NCBI GenBank assembly: GCA_963799615.1
Contig: CAWCXS010000003.1
Span: 18,250-82,249 of the forward strand
Direction: 5' to 3'
Length of the DNA: 64,000 bases
Source of the DNA: an uncultured Gaiellaceae bacterium
Lineage (GTDB): Bacteria; Actinomycetota; Thermoleophilia; Gaiellales; Gaiellaceae
The notes below the pieces were generated by a model. The model was given only the letters and a program-made list of their open reading frames with translations, was not told the origin of the DNA and ran no database searches. Position 1 is the first letter of the stretch. Each line of letters begins with the position of its first letter. Made by a program: the position numbers and the translations under genes. Below are positions 49,553-61,366 of this stretch, piece by piece.

Positions 49553-50480
49553 ACGCCGCAGACGGCCATCAGCGGGTGCCGTCCAGGTCGTCGGCGGCGT
49601 CGCGCTCTCGCCGCTCCTCGTCGGCCTGACCCAGCAGGTCAAGGCGCGCCTGCAGGGACGGCGGGGCTCAGGCCCGCTGCAGCCGTACCGCGAGCTGCGC
49701 CGGCTGTGGGGGAAGAGCGGCGTCGACGTCGAGGGCACGACGGTCGTCTACCGGCTCGCTCCGCTGCTCGTCGCGGCCGCGCTGGGCGCCGCGATCCTGC
49801 TCGTCCCGGCGACCGACGCGGCGCCCGGGCTTGGCGTCGGCCACGACGCGCTCGCGCTGGCCGGGCTGCTCGCCCTCGCCCGGCTCGCGATCTGCGCCGC
49901 CGCCTGGGACACCTCGAACGGCTTTGCGCTCCAGGGAGCGAGCCGCGACCTGACGCTGTCGGTGTTCGTCGAGGCGGCGCTCGTCCTCTCGCTCTCGGTC
50001 GCGGCGCTCGTCGCCGGCACGACCGACCTGCGCGGCATCGTCGCCGGCACCGCCGGCGGCCAACCCTGGACGACGCCGGCGCTCGGGCTGGCGGCGGTCG
50101 CTTTCGCGCTCGTCGTGGTCGCCGAGACGGGACGGCAGCCGGTCGACAACCCCGACACGCATCTCGAGCTGACGATGATCCACGAGGGGCCCGTGCTCGA
50201 GTTCGCGGGCCGCGACCAGGCGTTGCTCCAGTGGGCGCTCGCTGCCCGCCACTGGCTCGTGCTCGTGCTCGCCGCCGCGATCTTCCTGCCGCATCCCGAC
50301 GGCGCCTGGTGGCAGCTGGCGCTCCTTCCGGTCGTCGCTCGCCGCTGCTCTGTGTCCTGCTCGCCGTCGTCCGAGACGCTCGTCGCGAAGATGCGGATCC
50401 TGCTCGTTCCGCGGCTGATCGGGGTCGGGGCAGCGGTCGCGTTGCTCGGCATCGTCACCTGGCTGGTGGACGCCCTGTGA
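49549..50480 (+). CDS. HyfC/HycD (NuoH-like) membrane subunit; frameshifted
   Basis: KARLQGRRG..PLQPYRE, AETGRQPVD, ELTMIHE...LEFAG. Confidence 0.8.
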
Positions 50481-51083
50481 ACGGCGTCGCCTGGGCCATC
50501 GTCGCGCTCGGGATCGGCGTCGTCGTCGTCCGCCGCCGCTCGATCGCGGTCGGGTTCGTCACGGCGCAGGCGCTCCTGCTCGCCGGCGCTGCGTTCAGCG
50601 AGGGCGGCTCGCTCGACGCCGCGGTCGCGGCGGCGGCGCTCGCGCTCCGCGGCGCGGTGCTCGCCGGCGCTGTTCCTCTTCCTCGTCCGTCGAACGCGGG
50701 AGACGAGGCCGGTGCGGGCCGGAGTGGCGCCGCTCGCCCGCGCCGCAGCCGCGGTCGCTCTGGCGCTGGCGCTGATCTGGCTGATCCCGCCGATCGGGCT
50801 CGACTCGCAGGCGGCCGAGCGGGCGACGCTGACGCTCGTCGCGTTCGGCCTCGTCACGGCGGCGACGCGCCGCGCGACGCTCTTCCAGGTGCTCGGGATC
50901 GTGCTCGTCGAGAACGGGCTCGCGCTCGCAGCGCTCGTCGCTGCCCGGCTCGTCATCGCTCGCGATCGAGGTCGGCGTCGCGGTCGACCTGCTGCTGATC
51001 GCGCTCGTCGCGGGCGTCTTCCACGAGCGGATCTTCGCCGAGTTCGGCGCCGGCGACTCCGCCGCGCTGAGGAGCCTCCGTGA
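50477..51083 (+). CDS. HyfE-like membrane subunit; frameshifted
   Basis: Small hydrophobic ORF with QVLGIVLVENG. Confidence 0.7.
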
Positions 51084-52546
51084 CAGCTAGAGAATGGCTC
51101 GCGACCGCCGTGCTCGTGGCGCCCCTCGTCGGCGTCGCCGCCGCAGTCGTCGCGCCGTCGCGCCTCCTCGTTCGGGCGGAGTCGGCGATCGCCGCTTCTC
51201 ACGGCGGCCGCAGCCGCCGCGCTCGCGGTCGTCGCCCTCGCCGAGCCCGGCGAGCGCGAGCTCGGGCGCTGGATCGTCGTCGATCCGGCCGGCGGGCTGC
51301 TCGTCGGCGTGATCGGCGCCATCGGCCTCGCGAGCGCGCTCGTCTCGCCGCAGCTACCTGGCCGGTCGGCGCGGATCGCTGTTCCGAGCCGACCGGGCCG
51401 ACCGGATCTACTGGGCGACGCTGTTCGCGTTCTGGGCCGTCCTGCTCGCCGTTCCGCTCGCCGGGAACCTCGGCGCCGCCTGGCTCGCGATCGAGGCGAC
51501 GACCGCGGCCTCGGCGCTGCTCGTCGGCTTCAGCGGCCGCGCCCGGGCGCTCGAGGCCGGCTGGAAGTACCTCATCCTGACCTCGCTCGGGCTCGGTGTC
51601 GCGCTGCTCGGGATCCTCGTCCTCGAGGCGGCGGCGGGCGGCGGCGGGCTCGAGACCCTGACCTGGCGTTCGCTGCCGCACGCCTCGCTCGATCCGGAGA
51701 CGACGGTCGTCGCCTACGTGCTGCTGCTCGCCGGACTCGCGGCCAAGATCGGCTGGGCGCCCGTGCACAACTGGCTGCCCGACGCCCACTCCGAGGCGCC
51801 GGCGCCGGTCTCGGCGCTCCTCTCGGCCGCGCTCCTGCCCGGCGGTGCTGCTCGTCGCCTGGCGCTCGCAGCAGGCGCTCGCGCCGACGATCGGCGAGCG
51901 CACCGCGGGCGGCGTGCTCGTCGGCTTCGGCCTCGTCTCGCTCGCCGTCGCGGTCCCGTTCCTCTGGCGCTCGCAGGCCTGGAAGCGGCTCCTCGCCTAC
52001 TCGAGCCTCGAGCACATGGGCGTGATCGCGCTCGGGATCGGCTTCGGCGGCCCGCTCGCGCTCGCCGGCGTCGCGATCCACATCGTCGGGCACGCGCTCG
52101 CCAAGGCGCTCGGCTTCTACGCGGCGACGCCGCTCCTCGCCCACGACCCGCGCGCCGCTGGCCACGCGGTCGGCGGGATCGGCAGGACGCAGCCCGCGCT
52201 CGGCGCCTCGCTCGGCATCTCGCTCGGAGCACTCGCCGGGCTGCCGCCGTCGCCGCTCTTCGTCAGCGAGGTGCTGATCGTCGCGGGCGGCTTCCAGGTC
52301 GGTCGCCCCTGGGCTGCGGCGGCGGCGGCGATCCTGCTCGCGCTCGGGTTCCTCGGGCTCGCCCACGCGCTCATCGACACGGTGGTCGGAAGGCCCCGCG
52401 GACGCGATCGCCACGCAGCTCTCGGCCTCCGCGCCGTGACGACGCTGACGGCCGTCGCGGTGCCGCTCCTGCTCGCGCTCACCGCCGCCGCGCTCTGGCT
52501 GCCCGACTCGGCGATCGTCGACGGCCTCGAGCGGGGGCTCGGATGA
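51080..52546 (+). CDS. HyfF-like antiporter-type subunit; frameshifted
   Basis: IEATT, LEAGWKY, KIGWAPVHNWLPDAHSEAPAP, KRLLAYSSLEHMG, GLPPSPLFVSE. Confidence 0.8.
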
Positions 52547-53965
52547 GCAGCCTCGCTCTCAGCGCGGAGCCGAGTACCGCGAGGCGATCGCGGCTGCGCT
52601 CGCCGACGGCTGGCGCTTCGCGAGCCTGCACGCCACGACGCGACGGCGGGCGCCCGGCGGTGCGGACGCTGCTCGCCTCGCCGGCGGGCGAGCTCCGGCT
52701 CGAGAGGGTCGACGCGGCGCGGCGGTGTCGGTGCCGACGATCGTCGACCTCGCTCCTGCCGCCGGCTGGGACGAGCGCGAGGCACACGACCTCTACGGCG
52801 TCGGCTTCGACGGCCACGAGCCGCTCCGGCCGCTCGTCGACCACGACGTGCCCCTCGGCCGATTCGCGACGCCCGTGCGCGGGCCCGATCCGTACCAGGT
52901 CGCGGTCGGGCCGATCCACGCCGGCGTGATCGAGTCCGGCCACTTCCGCTTCCACGTCGTCGGCGACCTGATCCTGCACGTCGACGCGCGCCTGTTCTAC
53001 AAGCACCGCGGCCTCGAGCGGGCGGCCGAAGGGCTCGCCGCTCGCCGACGGCCTGCCGGTCGTCGCACGCGCCTGCGCCGGCTGCTGGGTCACGAACGCC
53101 GTCGCCTACGCGCACGCATGCGAGGAGGCTGCTCGGCCTCGTGCCCGACGCCCGAGCTCGCGCGGGCACGAACGATCCTGCTCGAGCTCGAACGCGTCTG
53201 GAACACCCTCAACGACATCGCGCGCGATCTGCGCCGGCGTCGGCCTCGCCGCCGGCACGAGCCGCTTCGCCGCGCTCGTCGACGACGCCCGGCGACTGAA
53301 CGCCCGGCTGACCGGACACCGATTCCTGTTCGGATCGGTCGACGGTCGGAGGCAGCGGCCTCGATCTCGACGAGGCGAGCGGTGGCCGACGCGCGCGACG
53401 ACGCTCGCGCGGATCCGGCGCGACTCGTCACGCGCCTGGCACGCACTCCTCTTCAACGGCTCGTTCATGGACCGGATGCCCGACATCGGCGTCGTCGACG
53501 CCGCAGCCGTCGCGACGCTCGGAGTCGTCGGCGTCGCGGCCCGCGCGGCCGGCGTCGCCGAGGACGTCCGCGCGACCAGCCCGCGGCTCGCCTACGAGGG
53601 CTTCGAGCCGGCGACGCTCCGGCGCCCCGCCGGCGACGTCCAGGCCCGACTCGAGCAGCGAGCCCTCGAGCTCCTGCCCTGCCTCGACATCCTCGACCGC
53701 CTGCTTGCCGACCCCGTCCGACCCTCCGCAGCCGTCGCAGCCGCCGCCGAGACGGCGATCGGCATCGGCCGCGTCGAGAGCCCGCGCGGCGCGACCATCG
53801 TGCATCGTCGAGCGCGACGGCGACCGCGTCGGCCGGGTCCGGCTCCGAACCGGCTCGTACGCGAACTGGCCCGCCGTCGCCTTCGCCGCAGCCGGCAACC
53901 TCCTGCCCGACTTCCCGCTCATCAACAAGAGCTTCGAGCTCTGCTACGCCTGCGTGGACCGCTGA
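52543..53965 (+). CDS. HycE/HyfG-like large subunit (NuoC+NuoD fusion) retaining N- and C-terminal CxxC; frameshifted
   Basis: WDEREAHDLYG, VGPIHAGVIESGHFRF, YKHRGLE, RACAGC, LELER, VESPRG, DFPLINKSFELCYACVDR-stop. Confidence 0.82.
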
Positions 53966-54429
53966 TGCTGACGCTCCTCCGCGATCTCAGAAAGCTCCGC
54001 CGCGCGATCGGCCTGCCAGCAGCCGAACGCACAGGCTCGCTCGCGATCCGCCACGTCGACTGCGGCTCCTGCAACGGCTGCGAGCACGAGCTCACGCTCG
54101 TCTCCGGGCCCGACCGTCGACATCGCCCGCTTCGGACTCGGCATCGTCGCCTCGCCCCGCCACGCCGACGTCCTGCTCGTCACCGGACCCGTGACGACCC
54201 GGATGCGCGTCGGCGCTCCTCACCGCCTACGAGGCGATGCCCGAGCCACGCCGCGTCGCCGCGCTCGGAGACTGCGCCCTCGGCAGCGGCATCCTCGGGA
54301 ACCCGAGCGAGATCGTCGGACGGGTCGAGGACGTGCTCCCCGTCGACCTCCGCATCCCCGGCTGCCCACCCGACCCCCGAAGAGATCGCAGCAGCCCTCA
54401 TCGCCCTCATCGACTCGAGTTCAGGCTAG
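53965..54429 (+). CDS. HycG/HyfI (NuoB-like) small Fe-S subunit; frameshifted
   Basis: DCGSCNGCE, ASPRHADVLLVTGP, GDCA, PGCPP. TGATG coupling with the large subunit. Confidence 0.85.
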   Translation: MLTLLRDLRKLRRAIGLPAAERTGSLAIRHVDCGSCNGCEHELTLVSGPDRRHRPLRTRHRRLAPPRRRPARHRTRDDPDARRRSSPPTRRCPSHAASPRSETAPSAAASSGTRARSSDGSRTCSPSTSASPAAHPTPEEIAAALIALIDSSSG

Positions 54430-54549
54430 CCCTTCCAACGTCCGGGAGGCGGCGGCCAGCATGCGGAGTGGATTATCCGAGTGTTGCCGCACGCATTTGG
54501 AAGTTCAGGGCGAGTTCTGAGAGAGGGGAAGTGGCGATTGGGTGAAGGA

Positions 54550-54780
54550 ATGCGACTCACGCCTCCCACCCCGAAGCCGCTTTCGGAGCAATACCCAAGC
54601 GGGGTGGGGCGGTGGGCCTTGCTCCTCGGCCTACCGATGCTGGGTGCGGCAGTGTGCGTCGCGGTCGCGGTCGGGACATCTCACACGTGAATGCTCGGCG
54701 GCGCCGTGCTGCTCGGGCCGGGCGGCGTGCTCGCAGCCATCGTCTACCTCGCCCTCAGTACCGATACGAGCGGCGGCTAG
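54550..54780 (+). CDS. Small two-TM membrane protein interrupted by an in-frame TGA (54688-54690)
   Basis: GAAGGA RBS; hydrophobic coding continues in frame after the TGA to TAG at 54780. Confidence 0.45.
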
Positions 54781-54956
54781 CGAGATCCGCGTCCCCGGAA
54801 GGGCCTGCCTGATCACGAACGTCGAGTGACAGAGGACGACCCGAACTCGCCGGCATCGACCCCGACATCGACTCCGGAGCGGGCTCGAGGCTGTGCTCCG
54901 CTTCCGCACAACTAGGGGCTCCGTGCCATGCTGGCCCAGTCGCTCCGGAAATGATG

Positions 54957-55083
54957 AAGGGGCGGCTTTCGCCGCCCCTTTCGTGCTCCGGGAGGTGGAG
55001 CGCCGATGGGACCTCCCTCGCAGCCTGCCTCCCGTGTGCGGCTGGAGGGAGCGGGCTCGCGTGACCTAGGTCACGCGAGCCCG
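54957..55083. terminator. Cluster of three hairpins between convergent genes
   Basis: AAGGGGCGGC-TTTC-GCCGCCCCTT; CTCCCTC...GAGGGAG; perfect 32-bp palindrome at 55052-55083. Confidence 0.65.
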
Positions 55084-55103
55084 GTGTCCCGAGCCTTGTC
55101 GCC

Positions 55104-55747
55104 TCAGCTGGCCGCCGGTGCGTGGTGCGATCGAACGCCGGAGCCTTCTCGTCCTTCTTGGCCCCCGCTCCGAGGACGATCAGCGCGAGGATGATGAAGC
55201 CGATGCCGCTGAGCAGCAGTGCGATCCCGACGATGAGCCCGAACAGTGCGATCTGCTGGGCCATGTAGCTGACGTTCAGCGCGGTCGTGAGCGCGGTCTC
55301 TGTCACCCAGGTGTTGCGGGCGGCGTTCGCGACCGGTGCGCCGGAGGCGTCCTTGGCCGCGGCTGTCTCGTCGCTCGTGCCGGCCGGGTTCGACGGATCC
55401 TTGGCCGCCACGAACCGGCCCATCTGCGAGTAGGTCAGCCCACCGGATGCCTCGAGCGCGTGGATGCGCATGTACTGGGCGAAGCAGCGTGCGTCGCTGC
55501 CGTTCTCGACCGGCTGGTCGGCGATCGTGCAGGTCGGGGCGGCGACGTTCTTCAGGCCGGCCTCCGTCATTGCGACCTTGATCGCCGCCGGGTTCATGTC
55601 GGCCGAGCCGACGATCTGCTCCGCGGTGACCTCGTCCCTGACGGTGTTCCGCGCGTTGATGCTCATCACGAGCGCGCCAACACCGAACGCGATCATGAGC
55701 GTGCCGGCGATGATTCCGCCGATCTCGAGAATTCTGCGACCAGTCAT
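55104..55747 (-). CDS. Conserved actinobacterial two-TM membrane protein; probable frameshift near 55120
   Basis: GGAG RBS; ARCFAQYMRIHALEASGGLTYSQMGRF...WVTETALTTALNVSYMA. Confidence 0.75.
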
Positions 55748-56212
55748 TTGCTCCTACCTCCCGCTTGATACTTCCCACTCGATACGGTGGGACTGGTCGC
55801 AGTCTCTCCCGCATGCCGTCCGGAGGCATCGGGGCAACCACTCCACCGCCGGTGGGGAAGTTGGCGACGCCATGCGGACAACTACCGAGTCGCGCTACGC
55901 GAACGCGATGACGGTGATGGGGACGTGATCATCGGGACGCACGCGTTGCGCCTTGGTGGCGCGTACTGGGCCTCCGCCTCAGGCCAATCGCTTTCCACAA
56001 GACACTTCCCGACATCGCGAGGACTTACTTGCTCCCAGCGCGCTTCCGCGCACAAGGCGTCCGTCGCTACGGCTTTCACGGGCTATCGGTGCAATGGGCG
56101 GCCGAACGAGTTCCCGTTCCGCGCCTGGTCGTCTGTCATCTCGGTGGCGGGTCGGGCTTCATGGCCGGACGCCCCCTCGAGCGAGTCGGGGCGTCCGGTC
56201 GGTCAAGCGCTG

Positions 56213-56488
56213 TCAATCGTTCCGGTTGCGGCCGAATCCGTACCGCGCGACGACCCAGGTGCCGAGGAAAGCGAATAGAGCAACTACCAATGCCGATGGG
56301 ACGGTAGAGCTTGTTCCTCCCACTGTCGTGGACACGATGTCGGGACCGAATAGTGCGTCGACGCTCACTGCGACCCACATCGCAGTGATCGCCATAGATG
56401 CCCAAGCTTCGGCGGCGACAGGCCGCAACGACCAGTTCCGCTTCTCCTGCGTAACTTCGGACGGCGGCTTGTGGGGAATGCTCGTCAT
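56213..56488 (-). CDS. Small membrane protein
   Basis: AGGAGG RBS; two hydrophobic segments. Confidence 0.65.
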   Translation of the reverse strand: MTSIPHKPPSEVTQEKRNWSLRPVAAEAWASMAITAMWVAVSVDALFGPDIVSTTVGGTSSTVPSALVVALFAFLGTWVVARYGFGRNRND

Positions 56489-56711
56489 TTCACACCTCCT
56501 TCCGCGATTCCAGGCTCGCATGACCGCTGCGCATCCGCATCGGGGAGAGCTCGGATTGCGCTTCTCGTAGTCCGCACGTGCGGACGATCCGTCGGATTCC
56601 GCCGCGCGTCGACCGCACTAGGCTCTCCTGCGATCTCGGCGGGAAAGTACGGAGCAGAGAACCGGGGCATTCCGCGATGCCGGTTCTGCGCTGCGGACGA
56701 AGGATCGGTGC

Positions 56712-57290
56712 ATGTTCCAGATCCGCATCCACGGGCGTGGTGGCCAGGGCGTCGTCACGGCGGCCGAGCTTCTGTCGGTCGCCGCCTTCGAGGAGGGAAG
56801 CTTCGCCCAGGCGTTCCCCACCTTCGGATCGGAGCGCACCGGCGCTCCCGTCGTCTCCTACTGCCGGATCGACGACCGTGAGATCCGCGTCCGCGAGCCG
56901 ATCGGCGAGCCGGACGCGCTCATCATCCAGGACCCGACGCTCCTCCACCAGGTCGATGTCTTCAGCGGTGTCGCGCCCGGCGCCTACGTCCTGATCAACA
57001 CGTCGGGAACCGTCGCGACCCTGGGCATCGAGGACTATGCACAGCGCTTCTCCGCCGGCCACATCCTGACCGTTCCCGCCAGCGAGATCGCGCGGGAGCA
57101 CCTGGGGCGGCCGCTCGCCAATGCCGCCTTGCTCGGCGGCTTCGCTGCGATGACGGGGGTCGTGTCGCTGGCGGGAGTCGCCGCGGCGATTCGCGAGCGC
57201 TTTCCAGCGGCGATCGCCGACGGGAACATCGCCGCCGCCACAGCGGCGCACGCGTTCGTCGTCGAGCTCGTCGGAGCTGTCAATGCGTAG
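56712..57290 (+). CDS. 2-oxoacid (pyruvate-type):ferredoxin oxidoreductase gamma subunit
   Basis: [32 protein letters not shown]. Confidence 0.93.
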   Translation: MFQIRIHGRGGQGVVTAAELLSVAAFEEGSFAQAFPTFGSERTGAPVVSYCRIDDREIRVREPIGEPDALIIQDPTLLHQVDVFSGVAPGAYVLINTSGTVATLGIEDYAQRFSAGHILTVPASEIAREHLGRPLANAALLGGFAAMTGVVSLAGVAAAIRERFPAAIADGNIAAATAAHAFVVELVGAVNA

Positions 57291-58544
57291 CCAGATCGAA
57301 GGATCGCAGGCGGTTGCTCGGGCCGTGGCGCTCTGCCGGCCGGAGGTGATCTCCGCCTACCCGATCTCGCCGCAGACCCATATCGTCGAGGCGCTCTCCG
57401 ACGCGGTCCGCTCCGGCGAGCTCGCCCCGTGCGAGTACCTGATGGTCGAGTCGGAGTTCTCGGCGATGTCGGCTGCGATCGGTGCCTCGGCGACGGGCGC
57501 GCGGGCCTACACGGCCACCGCGAGCCAGGGGCTCCTCTTCATGGCGGAGGCGCTGTACAACGCGTCCGGCCTCGGGCTTCCGATCGTGATGACGGTCGCC
57601 AACCGCGCAATCGGCGCGCCGATCAACATCTGGAACGACCACACGGACGCGATGTCGCAGCGGGACTGCGGCTGGATCCAGCTCTACGCGGAGTCGAACC
57701 AGGAGGCGCTCGACCTCCACATCCAGGCGTTCAGGCTGGCGGAGGAGCTCTCCGTGCCCGTGATGGTCTGCATGGACGGCTTCATCCTCACGCACGCGTT
57801 CGAGCCCGTCGACGTGCCGACGCAGGAGCAGGTCGACGCATTTCTCCCGCCGTACGAGCCGCGCCAGGTCCTCGACGCAGACGCACCGCTGACGATCGGC
57901 GCGATGGTCGGGCCCGAGGCGTACACCGAGGTGCGCTACCTGGCGCACGCGATGCAGGTGCAGGCGCTCGATCTGATCCCGGAGATCGCCGCCGAGTTCG
58001 AGGCGCTCGTTCGGCCGCCCCTCCGGCGGGCTCGTCCACCCCTACCGATCAGATGACGCCGACACGGTTGTCGTCGCGCTCGGATCGGTGATCGGGACGA
58101 TCCAGGATGTCGTCGACGAGCTCCGCGACGCCGGATGTGAGCGTCGGCGCTCTGGGAATCGGCTGCTTCCGCCCCTGGCCGGCAGACGAGATCCGGAGCG
58201 CGCTCGCGAGCGCGAAGCAGGTGATCGTGATCGAGAAGGCGTTCGCGGTCGGGGCGGGCGGCATCGTGGGCCAGAACGTTCGCCTCGCGCTCTCCGGCCT
58301 GCCCGTGCCCGTCTACGACGTCGTCGCCGGGCTGGGCGGCCGGGCGATCACGAAGCGCTCGCTCCACTCCCTCGTCGGCGATGTGCTCGCGGGCCGGATC
58401 GAGCCGAATCGGCTCACATTCCTCGATCTGGATCACGGTCTCGTCGAGCGCGAGCTGCACCGCCAGAAGTACCAGCGACGGTCTGGCCCGCACGCCGAGA
58501 ACCTCCTGCGAGACCTCGGCGTCGTGCGGGCCGGAGCCCACTGA
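57283..58544 (+). CDS. 2-oxoacid:ferredoxin oxidoreductase alpha subunit; frameshifts near 58010 and 58130
   Basis: [47 protein letters not shown]. Confidence 0.9.
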
Positions 58545-58555
58545 GGAGCGACGAG

Positions 58556-59560
58556 ATGGCCTATCAACCAGTCAAGTTCTTCCAGGTCGGGAGCTTCGCC
58601 GCCGGCAACCGCCTGCTCGACGCCGGACGCTCGCACCGTGCAGGCACGGGACGGGCGCTCCAACACGCTGACCTTCGGCCACCGCGCCTGCCAGGGATGC
58701 GGCGAGGCGCTGGGCGCGAGATACGCGCTCGACGCTGCGATGCGGGCGACGAACGGACGCCTGATCGCAGCGAACGCCACCGGCTGCCTCGAGGTCTTCT
58801 CGACGCCCGTATCCGGAGTCGTCCTGGCAGCTGCCCTGGATCCATTCGCTGTTCGCGAATGCTCCCGCCGTCGCCACGGGCATCGCGGCGGCGCTCAAGG
58901 TCAAGGGACGCGACGAGCGCGTCGTCGCGCAGGGCGGTGACGGCGCCACGGTCGACATCGGCTTCGGCGCCCTCTCCGGGATGTTCGAGCGCGGCGACGA
59001 CGTGCTCTACATCTGTTACGACAACGAGGCCTACATGAACACGGGCGTGCAGCGCTCGGGCGCGACACCTCCCGGCGGCGCGGACCGCCAACACGAAGCC
59101 GACCGAGAGCGATCCGGGCAACGAGTTCGGCCAGGGAAAGAGCGTGCCGTTGATCGCGATGGCGCACGAGATCCCGTACGTCGCGACCGCGACCGTTGCC
59201 GACCTGCACGACCTCGAGGCAAAGGTCGAGCGCGCCATGGGCATGCACGGCCCGCGCTACCTCCACATCCTCGTCCCGTGCCCGCTCGGCTGGGGAGCAG
59301 ACCCGGCAGACACGATCCTGCTTGCCCGGCTCGCAAAGGAGTCCGGCCTCTTCCCGGTCTTCGAGGCGGAGCACGGTGAGATCACGGCTGTCTCGAAGAT
59401 CCGCCGGCAGGTGCCCGTCGAGGAGTATCTCCGGCCCCAACGCCGATTCGCCCACCTGTTCGGCAAGCAGCCCCGCCCCGACATCGTGGAGCGCCTGCAG
59501 GCGATCGCCGACCGCAACATCCGGCGGTTCGGGCTCCTGCCCACGGAGGAGACGCCATGA
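58556..59560 (+). CDS. 2-oxoacid:ferredoxin oxidoreductase beta (TPP) subunit; frameshifted
   Basis: [43 protein letters not shown]. Confidence 0.9.
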
Positions 59561-61195
59561 CGAACAAGCCGTTCGCGATCACGCTCGAGGTCGGCTCGAG
59601 CCGCGCCAACAAGACCGGCACGTGGCGCACCGAGCGCCCGGTCTACGTCGACCGGATGCCGCCCTGCAACACCGCCTGCCCCGCCGGCGAGAACATCCAG
59701 TCATGGCTGTACGAGGCGGAGGAGGGCGGCGACGGCTACGAGCGGGCGTGGCGGAAGATCATGGAGGAGAACCCGTTCCCCGCGATCATGGGCCGGGTCT
59801 GTTACCACACCTGCGAGACCGCCTGCAATCGGGCGACGCTCGACGAGGCCGTCGGAATCAACGAGGTCGAGCGCTTCCTCGGTGACCTCGCGATCGAGAA
59901 GGGCTGGAGCGTCTCGGTCGAGGCAGCGCCAAGTGGGAAGCGCGTGCTGGTCGTCGGCGCCGGCCCGTGCGGGCTCTCGGCCGCCTATCACCTGGCACGC
60001 CTCGGCCACGAGGTGACAGTCCGCGACGCCGGCGCCAGGGCCGGCGGGATGATGAGATTCGGGATCCCGCGCTACCGCCTTCCTCGCGAGATCCTCGACG
60101 CCGAGATCGCCCGCATCGAGGCACTCGGTGTTCGGATCGAGCTCGAGACCCACGTGACCGACGCCCTCGGCGCGATGCGCGACGGCGGCTTCGACGCCGT
60201 CTTCGTCGCCGTCGGCGCCCAGATCGGCAAGCGCGCCTATGTCCCGGCAGGTGAGGCAGCGCACATCGTCGACGCCGTCACCCTGCTGCGCAGCATGGAA
60301 GGCGAGGAGCGCCCCACGCTCGGCCGCCGCGTTGCGGTGTACGGCGGCGGCAACACCGCGATGGACGCCGCCCGCACCGCGCGGCGTCTCGGCGCCGAGG
60401 AAGCGATCGTGATCTACCGTCGTACCCGCGACCGGATGCCTGCTCACGACTTCGAGGTCGAAGAGGCAGAGGACGAGGGAATCAAGATGAAGTGGCTCTC
60501 GACCGTCAAGCACGCCGACGGCGGCAAGCTCGTGCTCGAGCGGATGGAGCTCGACGAGGCCGGCTTCCCGCAACCGACCGGCGAGCTCGAGGAGCTCGAG
60601 GCCGACTCGCTCGTGCTTGCCCTTGGCCAGGAAGCGGACGTTTCCCTGCTCGACGTCGTCCCTGACGTCGTGATCGACGACCGCGTCGTCGAGGTCGATG
60701 CCGGCTTCATGACCGGGCCATCCCGGCGTCTTCGCCGGCGGCGACATCGTCCGCGCCGAGCGCACCGTGACGGTCGGCGTCGGACACGGCAAACTGGCTG
60801 CACGCTCGATCGACGCCTGGCTCCGCGAGCAGACGCCCGCCCCTGCACTCGCGGCTAGCCCGGCGACCTTCGAGCAGCTCAATACGTGGTACTACGCGGA
60901 CGCACCAAGGGCCGCGCAGCCGCTCCTCGAGCTGGCACGGCGGCGATCGACGTTCGAAGAGGTCGTCGGCGGTCTCGACGAGGCCACGGCTCTGCTCGAG
61001 GCGCGCCGCTGCATGTCGTGCGGCAACTGCTTCCACTGCGACAACTGCCTCGCGGTCTGCCCCGACAACGCAGTGCTCAAGGTCGACAACGCGAAGCGTG
61101 CGTACGCGATCGACTACGACTACTGCAAGGGCTGCGGAATCTGCGCAGCGGAATGTCCTTGCGGCGCGATCGAGATGGTCCCCGAGAACGTCTAG
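59557..61195 (+). CDS. GltD/NfnB-like FAD/NAD(P) oxidoreductase fused to a C-terminal 2x[4Fe-4S] ferredoxin (delta-like); frameshift near 60716
   Basis: PPCNTACP, GRVCYHTCETACNR, VGAGPCG, GGGNTAMD, YRR; CFHCDNCLAVCP and CKGCGICAAECP. Confidence 0.88.
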
Positions 61196-61366
61196 GCACG
61201 CACGACGTGCTGCGACACTTCCCTCGCCGCGAACCCCGCAGACGTAGTAGGCAGTCCGCTTCCCGTTGCGCTGGGTTCGTTCAGGTTCAGCCGGGTCGTC
61301 GACGGGGCGCCGCTCGGGCACCTTCAACGGCAGATCGCTACCAGGCGCCGTCGCGGTCCGGTTGCG

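Noticed and set aside
47595-54429. Calling the operon complex I (nuo) or formate hydrogenlyase
   Set aside because: No NuoA/E/F/G/I/J/K or formate dehydrogenase genes; order and motifs match Hyf/Ehr.
54688-54690. Second possible selenocysteine TGA
   Set aside because: It lies in a TM hairpin with no redox motif or clear SECIS. A TGG-to-TGA change or sequencing error is more likely.
55760-56200. Short ORFs or a regulatory RNA upstream of the 55747 gene
   Set aside because: No recognisable motif, RBS or riboswitch fold that I can support.
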